Part shown: positions 28,634-43,142 of the stretch, one piece after another
Position numbering within the stretch: the first letter of the stretch is position 1
Layout: each line of letters begins with the position of its first letter
Assembly: GCA_964016885.1 (NCBI GenBank)
Contig: OZ024747.1
Location: 74,028,001-74,092,000 of the forward strand
Source: Eledone cirrhosa
Taxonomy: Eukaryota
Length of the DNA stretch: 64,000 nucleotides
Direction: 5' to 3'
Notes under the pieces: generated by a model
Database searches by the model: none
The model's input: only the letters and a program-made list of their open reading frames with translations
What the model was told of the DNA's origin: nothing
Position numbers and translations under genes: made by a program

Positions 28634-29295
28634 AAAATACGGTTTCAACACACGTTTTCAGATAAAGAATCTTGCTAAACCAATTCAAAAACGAAATATA
28701 TATATATATATATAAATGAAAATATAGAAATTATTGTGAGCAAGAAGCAAACAGTATTTCATAATATATAAGTGACTATAACGTCAAAATGGAAAATAAT
28801 TAACGTAAGATATGGGAAAATAACTCAATTAAAAAAATCAAGACAGAGATTTTATCCACAGATTTTGTGAAATCCATGGAAAAAATCAATAGAGTCTTAA
28901 CTCAGAATGAAATAAAGCTTAAATACTCATCCTTCAATTTGGAAAAACTATAAATGCTCTATATAGTCTTAAAAAGACTATTTCACGAAACCTTTCAGTG
29001 GGGATGGTCACAGTTGGAACCGTTCCTCAGTAGAGCTGAAACACGATAACCCTAAAACACTGCTAAAATATGCCAAACAGGGAATTTAAAAGCAGGCTAG
29101 TTCACCTCGTGCGGAATTATAAAAATAAACACACATGGAGAGACATGGCTGGTGACGTATGAGACGAATGTCTATTTACAAGAAACAGCAGTCAAAATCA
29201 TTCCGAAAAAACTCTACAAAATGTAAGGAGTTCAGCAAAAGAGCAATATTATCGCGGTTTTTCTTTTAAAAAAAGAAGACCGGGATTATTCACAA

Positions 29296-29347
<52 letters not shown>

Positions 29348-30289
29348 AGGTGTACGTTTAAACAGGTTTCATTTTAATAACAAAATTATATTATCATTAT
29401 TATTATTTATTTATTTACTTATTTGTCTTATATTTCGAAGTACACTTTTATAGATTTTTTTGTATTTTTCATCGTATTACCACTTTCATACGTTGCTAAC
29501 ATAACATAACGAAAATTGTGTCTGGTTTATAGAAGTCTTGACTAATGGATTTGATCGTGGTCACATACATGTTTTGGTTAACTCCTGGGAAGTCTTGTTT
29601 CAAAAGTTAAATACGTTGAATCTTGGATCACCCCCGGTCTTTCTTTTAGCATAAGCCTATGGTTGCATCATTCAAAATGTTACTCCTTTTTATAAGACGA
29701 TTGAATCTGATCTGTAGGTAATTTGGGTGCTATTTCAAACAAATCAATTGACTATGTCGAGGCCTCCTCGCTGAGTAATATTTATGAAAGACATATAAGT
29801 GGGAGGCATAATACAATAACGGATTATTATTAGAAGCAGGTCAGAGAAATCGATATTACTATTGTCTATTGTCTTTAGTGTTTCTTTTTATTTTGTTTTG
29901 TTTATATCGATCAGCTTCTCCTGCACACCCGAGAAATTGTGTGGTTGGATGGCAAAACTTGCTGTAACTAATTTTGCTCTTGCCTTACATGTTTAATGTG
30001 TTGTATGCGAGCATTTAGTGCTTGAATTGCTGGCCTCCCGGATGTTGAAACAAATGCCTTGGTGGTCAATTGGCCAGCTGCATATTTTAATGAATGAGTA
30101 AAGCGTTAGTTTTCTGGCTCCAAGCCTATATAGAGCTGGTTGGGTAGAGATGCATGAAGATATTCCCTGGTGTATGAGTGGGTGTTGGAAGCATTGTTCG
30201 TGTTCTATATTTCTATTTGTCTATACATGATTAAAACATATAACTTATATTTCCTGGCTTCTAAATGTATGTTTCTCTGAAGATCTCAG

Positions 30290-30625
30290 TCGACAATGTG
30301 AGAACAAAGCGTCAGAAAGTTGCATGAAATACTTTGTCGTATTTCTTCCAGCTGCTTGTATTCTGGGTTCAAATTCTGCCAAGCTCAACATTATGTTTCA
30401 ACCTTCCCATGACTGTATATAAGCTACTGGTGGAGAACGTTAGACGTGTCGAACGTCTGACGGAATGTCTTGCGGTATTTGTTCAAGCCCCATCATGGTA
30501 AAATTAGTCCCAACCCAACACTTTTATCCCACCCCTCTAGTCAATAGATAACATTATTAATGTCCACTCGATAAAATAGAGTACCAGTAATGCACTGGGT
30601 TGTGCCAAAAGTAGAAACAATTATT
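30290..30625 (+). mobile_element. Eroded SINE family A fragments
   Basis: TTCTGGGTTCAAATTCTGCC and TCGATAAAATAGAGTACCAGTAATGCACTGGG..GTAGAAACAATTATT. Confidence 0.6.
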
Positions 30626-31329
30626 AATGCCCTTACAAGCCTTCGGGCAATTTTTCCAATATGAAGACACCTTCCCCTTAATCAGTCACAAAAGACCTCA
30701 AAAAAATTATAGCTACCTCCTCAAAGGGGCAGATTAACTTTACCTTTTATCAATCATTCCGTGATAGAGAAAGCGCATTCCCAATCAATAACTGCGATTG
30801 GTTTAATCAACAGATGCTGGTATTTCTCAAGGTGTCATGGTTGAATATCACTAACGAATCTTTTTGTATGTCTGTGGTCACCGTATTGTATGTATCAGTC
30901 AGTCATCCCTGGTATAATTAGCTTTTAATAGGTTGGCGGTGTAATACCGGAATTTTACAGCTATGGGATAGACATAAAATGTTCCAACCGATTACGCTAT
31001 CAGTTCAAGTATTGGCCAGGTCAATTTCATTATTTACCTTTCAATAAAATACTGTAACATTCGGAACTTAATTGACATCCCACACCACGTGGGACTGAAT
31101 GTATGTGTGTGTGAATATGTCGTGTTTGGGAATATATGGTGGTATGTCTATCAGAGATGTGTGTATGTGTATAAGTGAGTATGTGTATGGAGATGTCTAT
31201 GTTCGTGTTTCGGCTTATATAGTACTGTGTATCAGAGATGTGTGTGTGAATATGTTTATGTTCCTGTTTGGGCCTATGTGGTAATATATCAGTTAATAAT
31301 GTGTGTGTATGTGTTTGTGTGTGTGTACG

Positions 31330-31401
<72 letters not shown>

Positions 31402-31554
31402 CTGTTTGTGTGCCTGTGTGTGTCTGTGAGTGTGTCTGTGTATGTGTTCGTGTGTGTATGTGTGTACGTCTCTCTCGCTCTCTCTCTTTTTCTGTGCGTG
31501 TGTATGTGTATGTGTGTGTGTCTGAGTGTGTGTGTGTGCATGTGTGTATATATG

Positions 31555-31589
<35 letters not shown>

Positions 31590-31863
31590 GTATCTGAGTG
31601 TGTGTCTGAGTGTGTGTGTGTGTCAGAGATGAGAATTAGATTAAGCTGAAGTCATAATTTCGCAGCAGACAATTTAATGGATATAATTAAAAAGAGGACA
31701 AAGGATATTTAAAGCGGTAGACATTTCTAAAATTCTTACAGCTATTTATTATATATTTATATGTGTCTGTTTGTATGTGTATGTGCGTGTGTATGTGTGT
31801 GTATGTATGTGTGTGTGTATTATATATATATATGTATATATACAAACTAACTTTCTCACACAC

Positions 31864-31940
<77 letters not shown>

Positions 31941-32147
31941 TATATTATATGAATGAAAAGTAACTTGAGATAATTTGTCGGTCTTTGAATTATGCTCTTG
32001 TTATAATGAAAAACATTACGACAACGGCACTGAATATTAAAACACTGCGCTTTCTAATTTCTATTTCCAACGGCCATATTTCACTATATAGACGGCAACA
32101 TATCAAATATACATATTTCGATGCTGTATATAATTTTATAGAAATAT

Positions 32148-32224
32148 AGTATCAAATGTGTAGCGATAGAATATCAAATGTGAAGAGATAGAATATCAAA
32201 TGTGAAGAGATAGAATATCAAATG
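32148..32224. repeat. 22-bp minisatellite, about 3.5 copies
   Basis: TAGAATATCAAATGTGAAGAGA repeated. Confidence 0.85.
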
Positions 32225-32369
32225 CTATTTTAGTTTAAGTAATTAAACGTTCTAAATCCTGGCAACTTTCTTGGTGACCAGTGGAGGTATAATTAGTTCT
32301 ATCATACCAGACAGAATTTATTGGAGTGATGGCCTTACACTGCTTAGTTTGGTTCTATATATATATATA

Positions 32370-32409
<40 letters not shown>

Positions 32410-33577
32410 TGTACACGATAGAATGGTTTCTATTACAATTCCATTGAACCACATCTTTTACAAATGTCTTCCACAGTTGTCTCCACTCGAGCAAGTCGTT
32501 AAGTAATAAACTTAAGAAATTATGAATTCAAACGTAGTGAAGTATGTTGATTTATATTGTAGTAATTTGAGAAGCACTTCTTACTATGCTGTAAATGAGA
32601 ATGTTGTCTGTTAATGACCACAAAATTTGGACATCTACTACTGATTTGATATTGGTCTAGGAACAGAGGACAGAATGGCTCAACTTAGAACGTGTAGTGC
32701 TGAGATTTTTGAACGATGACATCTCGAGGTTTGTTGGTGGTTCCCAACTCGAAGTCTGAAGTAACTCTTGAAAAAAGGAAGCGGGTTATTTCATGAAAAT
32801 TATACGTTATGAAAGGCTGAGTGAAAATAAATTCATGACAAAAGAATTAAGAATTTGTTAATCCAAGATTTTAAACAGTTAATACATAAAATTCAATGGA
32901 GAACTGTTATATTGGTAAAATAGTTTCAAACCAGAAAATAGTCACCGTATAAACCTGTATATAATTAATGCACAGGAACATACAGAAAGAAGGGTACAAG
33001 GTAAGTGACTACATCAACAAAAGTTGAGAATATTCTGAAAGGATGTTGTGAGAAATGTACTCAACACCCGAGATATATATTTAGATGATGTTTTAATTTC
33101 CAACTTTTCTTAGAAGTGACAAAGAACTAATTCACAGATTTTACCATACTTTCTTAAAATTTTCCTCATACAATTGATTGGTTCCTGTTATTGATTAAAC
33201 GAGACAGTTATGTATGTTTGGAGTAAGAGTTCCCTGGTGCATCTAACAATATTTACACAATCTATTGAAGGTTCTATTACAAACAATACTTACGATAAGT
33301 TTAAATGTTATTCTCCCATATGTCGTATCATAGTAAGTTATTTGTTTAAATGGAATTCAGTGACATGTTCATAGATTTAACAGTAAGAAATTTAACTTTC
33401 ACGATAAAGATTAAATTTAATTGAGAATAAACATATTAAAGAAAGAAATGATTTCTACTGGACTGAAATATATTCGTATGAAATCACAGGAATGTCCTAA
33501 TGATTGCATACAAAGGAAAGAGTTCTATTTCTGTAGAAGTTATTTCTATACTATATATATACACGCACACACATACA

Positions 33578-33648
<71 letters not shown>

Positions 33649-33844
33649 GTGTGTACGTGTATGTGTGTCCGGACGCGAGCATATTTATGTGTGTTTGTGC
33701 GCAAGTGGTTGGCAATATATATGACCTTGTTTAATTCTCAACAATATTCGTTTATGAGAAGTATGTACCGAAAATATCGAGAGAAAATAACTAATATATT
33801 TAATATGAATATACAAATCTCTCTCTCGCTCTCTCGCTCTCTCG

Positions 33845-33888
<44 letters not shown>

Positions 33889-34002
33889 CTCTATCTCTCT
33901 TTCTTTCTTTTTTTCTTTCTTTCTTTCTTTGACTTGGTATACATATGTATATGCTGAGACATTTAGTCGATTTTCAGTAATATATATATATATATATATA
34001 TA

Positions 34003-34095
<93 letters not shown>

Positions 34096-37000
34096 TGTTT
34101 ACATCCAGTCATATGGTATAAATATTTCCACGGTCTTATTGTGCATTTATACCCAATCAATAACCAAATTCATGTCTTTAAATTTTTCATTAGGAGAAAA
34201 TAAAAGATGTGGCGAAAACAGGCAATGCACATGATTTGTACCCAATGAACTCCTACAGTATTGTCTAGTATCAGCTAAACGGTAACATAATTCTAATTTA
34301 CATTACCTAGCCACTCTCTGTGTTTATTCCACGAACATATTCCTTTGCTTACTTTACACAGGAAATATTTCGTAATAAAATATAAACAACGAAGAAACAT
34401 TGTTTTTGTCATATATTATGCGATCTCAAGGCCTCCTGTTACAGATTTGCTCAGCAATACATTTTGGGAGAGATATAATTCAATGCAATAGAGAAATCTA
34501 CACTAATTATAGCAGGAGATTATTGAAAGTTAATTGGTTTTCAATTAATTTTCGTTTTTCATCTTTTGTAAATCTCTATGGTTAAAATGTGTACTTTGCG
34601 ATCACATGAGATCTCAGGTGTAAAGGTCCTCATGTATGGCCTATTGGGCAAATGTCAGGATTGTGAAACGACAGATTTATTTAAGCTGTGTACAAATATT
34701 ATTTTTGATATTAGTTCCGAGCATTTCCGTTCTGTGTTCAAATGTCAAAGACACAAATTTTACCTTCTATTTTTCCAACATCGATAACAGAGTATCTGTC
34801 ATGTTTTGGGGCCAAGTTAAATCCCCACTTCTTAAATTATTTCCTAGACCATCATCACATTTGTTGCGCGGTGACTTGGCAGCATCGGTAGAGCGTCGGA
34901 AAGTAGGCTTTATGGCATATAGTTACCAGTAACACATTGGGGTCGATTTAATCGACTTCCCCTACCCCAATATCGTAAGTCAGAAAACATTATCATAGTT
35001 GTTGTTGTTGTTGTTAGTAGTAGTATTAGTAATAGTAGTATCCAATGTTAGGCTAGAAGATGCGAAGGTACGATGACTTTCTTAGGAATGTTAGTCAAGG
35101 GTTTCACTATTATGATTGTTAGTTGTTTCCAATATCAATGATTGATCAAGTGCTCTTAATTCTGATATGTTAGTGATGTTGCTTCTAACGCAGTTTTTAA
35201 CACCACGGTGAATGAAGATTAGCTTTTGCTCCATTGCCTGTATTTATCTGAGATCTACATTCCTGATAAACATATAGTTTATTTATGTACTTTTAATTCC
35301 ACTATATGTTGTGTACCTACTCATTTTACGTCAACACATTTCACTTGGTAATCAAATACCTTACATAAATTATCCATTATTTTACGGTTTCATCTATTGC
35401 AGCAAATCACTAAATATTCAATGCCCCATCTACAGATGTTTCATAAAATATCAACATTGGAATGATTCAATAGTATCTGAACTTATAAATGTAGCTAACG
35501 GGGTAGGATAAGGATACAGTTTAACGGTGTTGGTATATTTTTGACTGAGGCAATTTCCCTCTGTTTTGTCATCGATCTCTGATCAGGATTAATTACGTTG
35601 TTGTCTGAAATCTTGTGCTTCTTTGGTTCTAATATATGGTTAATGTTTATCTAAGAATTCTCAGATATGTTTCTTACGTCTCTCAAATACTTTATATAGC
35701 ACACTCACAGTAGTAGTCTTCAATGTGTGGTCTTCAAGTAGTCTTCAATATATTTACATTCTAACATACATATATATCTATGATATTTATCATATATATG
35801 TTTCAATATTGTAAGATATATACTGATATATGTTTCGCATGTTACCAAACTTATGTAATGACAGACCTCAATACTTAATGTAGAGAGATAATTTAATATA
35901 TTTACATTTTTATATTAAACCTGTTCCAGGTTTTGCCGACCAGATATTCACAACTTATATATTTATATCTATATAACAAATATATTAGTTTCTTAAACGT
36001 AGGTAATATTTAAAATATGAAATCCATTGATGATATTTGATTTAGGAGTACCGGAGTTATTTGCTTGAGATATATCATAATGTTTGACATGTAGTTGAAA
36101 CCTTTATTAGTTTATTCATATTAATTTTTGTTATATGAAGACTAGAATGAAATGAATGAAAATGTAAATCTCAGATGCATCGATCATTTATCGAATTCTG
36201 GATCTTGATAAAAATACAATGAACGAGATCACATATCATATGTACATTGACTAAATTAAATTTCTAGATATAATAATCTACTCAATATTGACTTCATGTC
36301 AAACGTTCTGGACCAGCATCCACATTTTATCTAATTCTATATGTTCTAATTCTCACTCTCCATCATTAAACTATCAAACGATTAACGCCAATTGTTTCAC
36401 ATTCTTGGAAAAAACATTCTCAAAATATTTCGTTTCATTGTTTGGTATTAGTTTACTATTACACTCGGAGTAGATGGAAATACATAAATATTTTAAACTG
36501 GAAGATATACGACTATGAATTGCATTTTGAATAAACTTTTTAAAATGGATCATACATGTAAAAGGACAGTGTGCTATTATTATATTGGGCAACATAGGGA
36601 TATTGGATTGGAAGTATCAGTAGGGCGTCGGTGAACTTTCTGAGGTTAGATTTGCCTTTCATACTAACAGGGTCGATGAACAGAAACACCAGTAATGCAC
36701 AGGTGTCGACTGACTCAACTATCCCCTCCCCATAGAAATATTATTGCTGTCATTGTTATTAGAATTTTGGTTATTCCACTCTATGGATAGCCGGCCATTC
36801 CATTTAGTGGACGCATCATCTTTGTCCACCATATTAATTTTCGCAGAAAATTGAGGGGTGAAGTTCAAAAACAAATACAGATTTAACCCCAAAGGGCTTC
36901 ATTCAGAGCTAACACAACCAGCTCACAAAGATAATAGCTCAACTTGATGCAAAAGAGAAGATAGAAAAACTTGCAGGAGTGATGTAAACCACGTCTTGAA

Positions 37001-37860
37001 AGACTGAACAACAAAGATAGTAATAATAATTATAATATTGACTTTGCAAATTGAAACGTGAACTCTTAACTATTTCAACTAACGCAGGCTGATCAAATTA
37101 TAAAAACATATATAATATTGACAATATAATCATATGATTCATAAATACATATTAATATACACTAAATACAACACATTATTCATAGAATGCACTCAATAAA
37201 AAATCTTGTATATCACTCAATATGATAATTTAATCATAATGATCCTCGACACAACAATCTGAATGTTTTGTTCACATTGATTAGATAATTGATATACTGG
37301 TCTATTAGCATCAGCCTTCATCGAACAAGAGTGTTGAGATATACTCACAAATACATAGAATGCTCTATCTTGTTTTATAGTGTCACGTAAAAATTAAATA
37401 TCTATTAACCCGAACCAGTTTATTATCAATAGGACCGAGTAAAGAAAATGACGTGTCAGATTACGGTTGACTTCTTGGTGATAGGGTTTTAAATTTGCAC
37501 GAAATATTGTCCGAAATAATCTACAGCGTTGTTTGGCGTGTGAAAATAAATAAGAACAGTGATAACTAATATATAATAGGATTGTAAACATGTCTATATA
37601 GTTAGGACGTTCCCACATCAAACAGGCAGATTTTACTTCAAAATAAATCTCTGGGATGCAGCTTGCGACAAACGACTTCTATCATTTGTTTAGCTTGACT
37701 AAAACTTTCTTGTGGAATTTACTAGATTAAATCAATGCGGGATGCATTTGTAAACCCCCCTCTCTCTCACTCTCTCTCTTTCTCTCTCTCTCTCACTCTC
37801 TCTCTCTCTCTCTCTCACTATCTTTCTCTCTCTATCTCTCTCTCTATCTATCTATCTCTC

Positions 37861-37913
<53 letters not shown>

Positions 37914-40900
37914 AATGGTAGCTAAGATGCTTCCATCAGCGGTATACCGGTTGAGCACTCTATGCTCCTACGGAGCAGAGTATGATAGGATGGAAAACGA
38001 AAAATCAGTGATGCATCGGAACTCAATTTATTGTGTGTTACAATGGTTTCCCCGGCGAACAGCACGAGGTGCGATCCATGTGTGGATCTACCTGACTCTA
38101 GGCTCGCAGGTTCCTCGGACACGTCTATTGATTTCGGATCATATCCTCTTTCTATATATATATGACTCTCCCATCTTGTCTTTTCACTTTTGGTATTCAA
38201 GCCTTCGTGCAGAACAAACGTATCACTTCATAGAAGTTGTTCTTAATGTAAATGCATAGTCTTGTGATGAAACTCTTTATAATGTAATATGCGATAAAAT
38301 CCGCCCATTGCCGAATATTTATCACGGTCCTTATACAGTAGAAATTCATTTATCAAGAAATTTCTAAGTATTCGCAATGAAGGAAATGGCTGAAGGAAAT
38401 GTCTTTTCGTGGACGTATGGACGCTTGGAATAATCTGCGACCCAATTTTTGTGTCCTCTTTGTGTCGAATTGAGTCGATGTAGAACACATACTTAAAATC
38501 TATGGACTAGTATTCTTGACCATGACTAATGCAAATAAAGATGAGGATGATGATGGCGATTATATAAATATACTGTATATATATATATACACACAAATAC
38601 ACACACACACACACCCATATGTATTGTATAGCTTGAATTCAATGTTGCTATTAATCTTTAATTAATAATAACACGTATTGTCATTGCTGTCTAATAAATA
38701 ATATATGAAAATAACACCACACACCGTAAGAAAAAGAAATTACACGTTTTAACTAAACTGAAATAATTGGTAAATAAATGTGTTTCTAGGCTTCTCCATA
38801 GTTGAAGTGACTCACATGGTAAACTCTTAAATTTTTCACTGCTCCGTTAATTTAATTTTTCCACCTTTGAATATGATGTTTTATATAACATATAGCCACA
38901 TTCCTTGACAAGATGATGTAAACAAAACAGTACAGTACACTATATTTAATACTTGTACTTAATGAATCGTAGAAGTTATAGATATTTCCTAGTGCTGTAA
39001 GTTTATCGCTTAAAATAGTGTTTGTCACTTTTGATGAAAATAGAAATAAAGAAACTAATACTTAACTCCTTACACTCCCAAACTCTATGGCGGTCGACTG
39101 TGTCTCTTCATCCATTATATTTCTTTCTCGATCTGACCGACTTCTAAATGATTTATGTTTCTCTCCATTCCACCGCACAATGATGGAATTTACTATATTC
39201 ATTACCCAGTACTCTCCTACAATTCAACCATGAATTATATGACTTTATGCCGTAAATTCCTTTTAAACTATAACTTGTTCACCAACTAGATGAATCATTC
39301 TTTTATATTTGGACATGATTCGTCTAGCAGAATATAGCAAATTATCTCTTTATGAAACCTAAATCAAGTCTCTGTGGTGAAAGCGAGGTCAGTGCAAAAC
39401 AGTTGAAAATCTTAGCTGCGATATCGGGATATTTCCCATTAAACAATATTGCACCAATATCGATCTAGTGTGTTTTCTCTATGGACTCATGATAAAGACA
39501 TTTCCCTGAACTCACAGCAACATAAAATCTTTTGCAGCGTATAAATATTCTAGATGGTTAGTGACTGAAATTTCTTAAAGTAGTTCTATATCATTCCAAC
39601 TAAGAAGACGACTGCGAGCATTTATGAAAAGTATTTAATTTATGTGAAATAAAAATATAGCGAAACTAGTCTCATCTGTTCCCCGGGGGCCAACTGATAG
39701 TTGAAAATTGAAAACTTATCTGTTTTTGTTTTGTTTTTTTTAAATTAATTATTCGAAGGAGAAGAATTAACGCTTATCTTCTTATGCCAATGTATTGCAG
39801 GCGGATGGTAGGAAGACAGCAGTTTTTCTATGTTTGTAGAGCGGGTCAGTATGCTTAGAAAAGGATAAAGCCGGCTAAAATCAACAAACGGCTCGTTGTC
39901 ATATTAAGATAGGCGACGGTTTATAGCTTCCGCTACGAAAGAGGAAACGTCACTCCGACAGGCTTCCATATAAGTGCTTTCTATCGAATTTCAATCAAAA
40001 ATCCTTGTGACAAATTCCATTCACAAACCCGAAAGACCTCCTGGCAGTGAGATTGGCGCAGTAACCAGGAAGGTGCGACTGGTATTCCTGCAGTGAAATA
40101 TCTGTTGACAGATTCTCGTATTTTACGAAACCAGTCCAAGAACACAAGAGTGTTTACCAATGAGTAGTATAGAGTGTATTAGATAAATAGTTGTAGAGCA
40201 AATTTAAACTGAGTATTTCACGATGGTAGTCAGGTTTAGAGTCCGTGGAATCCTTCCTATTTAAATACGATACTTTATGATATAGGAATAAATATTTAAT
40301 TCAAAACTTATTTATTAGTTAATTCATATAAATTTAATTCATTCATAATGTTATGCTAAAGTCAAAATGGTGGGATGCAAGAAATGATAAAAATCACCGT
40401 ACAGTGGTTATTTCCTTGTTTCGAAAAAGTCCTCTATAACGGTTTAAGCACATTGTCTTGTTATTCAAATATTGAGTTAGTTATGATGGTACATTTGAGT
40501 CTTTAGTCATTTCATTGGCAGTGGATTAGGAGAATCCAACATTATCCTTCTGAGGGATGAAACAACAGTTAAGTACTGTTGTCGAGTTGTTTGTTTGTAC
40601 ACTTCCTCAAGATTGTGTGACTTTGTGCCAATGATAGAAATAAGTATTTGGATATTTGGATATAGGGATTCGGTTTTAGCCACTGTCGTATGACCTGTCC
40701 CCGTATCTGTGCAGGTTCTTTGGAGGTTTGAAATAGTCTTTTCGCTCCCCCATCTGAGTTTATTTAATCATTTGCTAAATAAATCTTTTCGTACTGCTCA
40801 TGGATGAATTTAATTTCATTTTAAGCTATTTCATGGATGAAATTAATGTTGTGAAATAATTGGTAGTTTTGGGATAGAAATCAGAAAACAATGTGTAGGC

Positions 40901-43110
40901 GTCGATTTCAGTAAAAAGAACAGCTATTGTAATGTTAAAAGATACTATAGCACAGTATTGGTTATTTTTGTGAAGAAAGTTGTTTTGTTTTTGTGACTTC
41001 CCTAACGCGACGCACGTCTCAAGTGTCAATCATTTTGTAATAATACAAGTTTACTACAACACACTTAAATAGCAAGTACTTAGCTTTAATATATATTTTG
41101 TAGCATAATGGGTTTTTTAAACAAACAGAATAAAACTTGTCCCCTGTTCTACGATATGTAATGTCGATATGTAATGTCGCTCAGAAATATATGCAGAAAT
41201 GTTTACAGGAAAATGACGTGTTTGACTTCCGATTATATTATAAACTTTTAACATAAATGCTTTAATGTTTATGTATATTTACTTAGCCACTCTATATAGA
41301 ATTTGTTACATAGATATTGCAGAGTTTGCTTATTTTTATAAAGGTAAATATATATCGAAAAACATTTTAACTAGATATTGCAACGTGTGTTTAACTAACC
41401 ACTGAATATAGAATATTTCAACTAGGTATTTAAGTATGTGTGTGAGAGAGAGCTTATTCGACGGAACACTGAACATGAAAGTTTCTGTAGATATTGCAAT
41501 TGCAATAATTCTTTATGTTTGACTAGCTACTTGAGTGAAAAACATTTTAAGTAGATATATAAATGCTTGTGATTGTTTGACTAACTACTGTATATAGAAT
41601 ATCTTCAGGAGGCATTAATAGTAAAGATATGGAACATTGACATGCTTCAGTGAGGAAATATTTCCATGTTTAATCTGTACTTATTACTAGACTTTGAAAA
41701 TAACATTAGACTTACTGCCGCAGAGTTTGTCATCGTAGTTATATGTGAATATTTTATATGCTCTATTGCGATGGTAAGGAAATGAGGATGGTAATTCATT
41801 TCTATATATTTTGAAAATATAGACACTCACATAAAGTGTATTACGATATTTCCGCGTTAGAACCAGACAGAATGCATTAAATATGATCAAACATAAACAT
41901 ACAGACATATATTATCAACCACAGTCTCACTTCAGCAAAACTGAATATCGTATTTTAAGTGATTGTTCAAACTGAATCTGCAAGTATTTTCTTACATATA
42001 ATTATGTGGTTTTCTCGGCTAACATTATCTATCTGGTAATTACAACAAGCCACCTCCGAGCAGCATATTGAGGATACCTGCGTTTAACTCCTTATGTTTA
42101 AGAGATACTCAGTTTGTAAATTATCCCGTGCAAACTAGCTTTAAGGATCCGGTTATTTGTTAGTGAAGTGTGTTAGGGTTATGATGTATATCACATTTTG
42201 CATTTAAATGTTCACAGCTAGCTACACATAACGAGTAACAACTTCATAACTGATTTACATGTATGTCAAGTGGAACAAGACAAAGTTTGTTTTATGGAGA
42301 CTGCAACACTGGCAACATTTATTGCTGACATTCCAAGCTGAAGGGCTGAACATTTTGAAATTTGAAATTAAAATTTTCTAATTTGTCTCTTTGAACGTTA
42401 GGTGATGTCACGAGATTAATTAAAAGAATTCACCAAAAATAAATATTGATTTCTTCTGAAGCAACACTAATATTTTGGTAGGCGGTGATGGAATACAAAC
42501 TGGATCAAGATCAATATATTGATTCTTCATATATTATAAACCCGGTGGGGGTAAAAATGCAGATTGGAAAGATGAGGTGTCAGTTCATAGATGCAGGATA
42601 AGTAGTAAGTTGATTAGAGCCAAAACAACAATACCTTGAGGTGTCTTAGTCTGTAAAGCGTCTAAGATATTCAGATATTTTGCCAATTAATTAAAGGTGA
42701 AATATTAATCAAACTTACTTGAAAGCTTTCGGGATACAAATAACCAAAATTTAACTGTTACACAGCAATTTATATTTTCCTTTTCCTTCTGATCCTTAAA
42801 GTGTAACTTAACGTGTTTCCCATCGTGGAAGTGAATAACGTCTATGTCGTTGTCGTAGTCGTCGTCGTCGTCGTCGTCGTCATAATCATCATCATCATTT
42901 TCATCAGTGTCACCATGATTTTCATCGGCATCATCAACATCAACTTCATCCTCACTCTGCTGTCCCCCCCCCCCTCATCATCATCATCATCATCATCGTC
43001 ATCATCATCGACACCATCATCGTCTCCATTATTGTCGTCTATATCATCATCATCTCCTTCGTTGACTCCATTATTGTCGTCTTCATTATCATCATCATCA
43101 TCACAATAGT

Positions 43111-43142
<32 letters not shown>
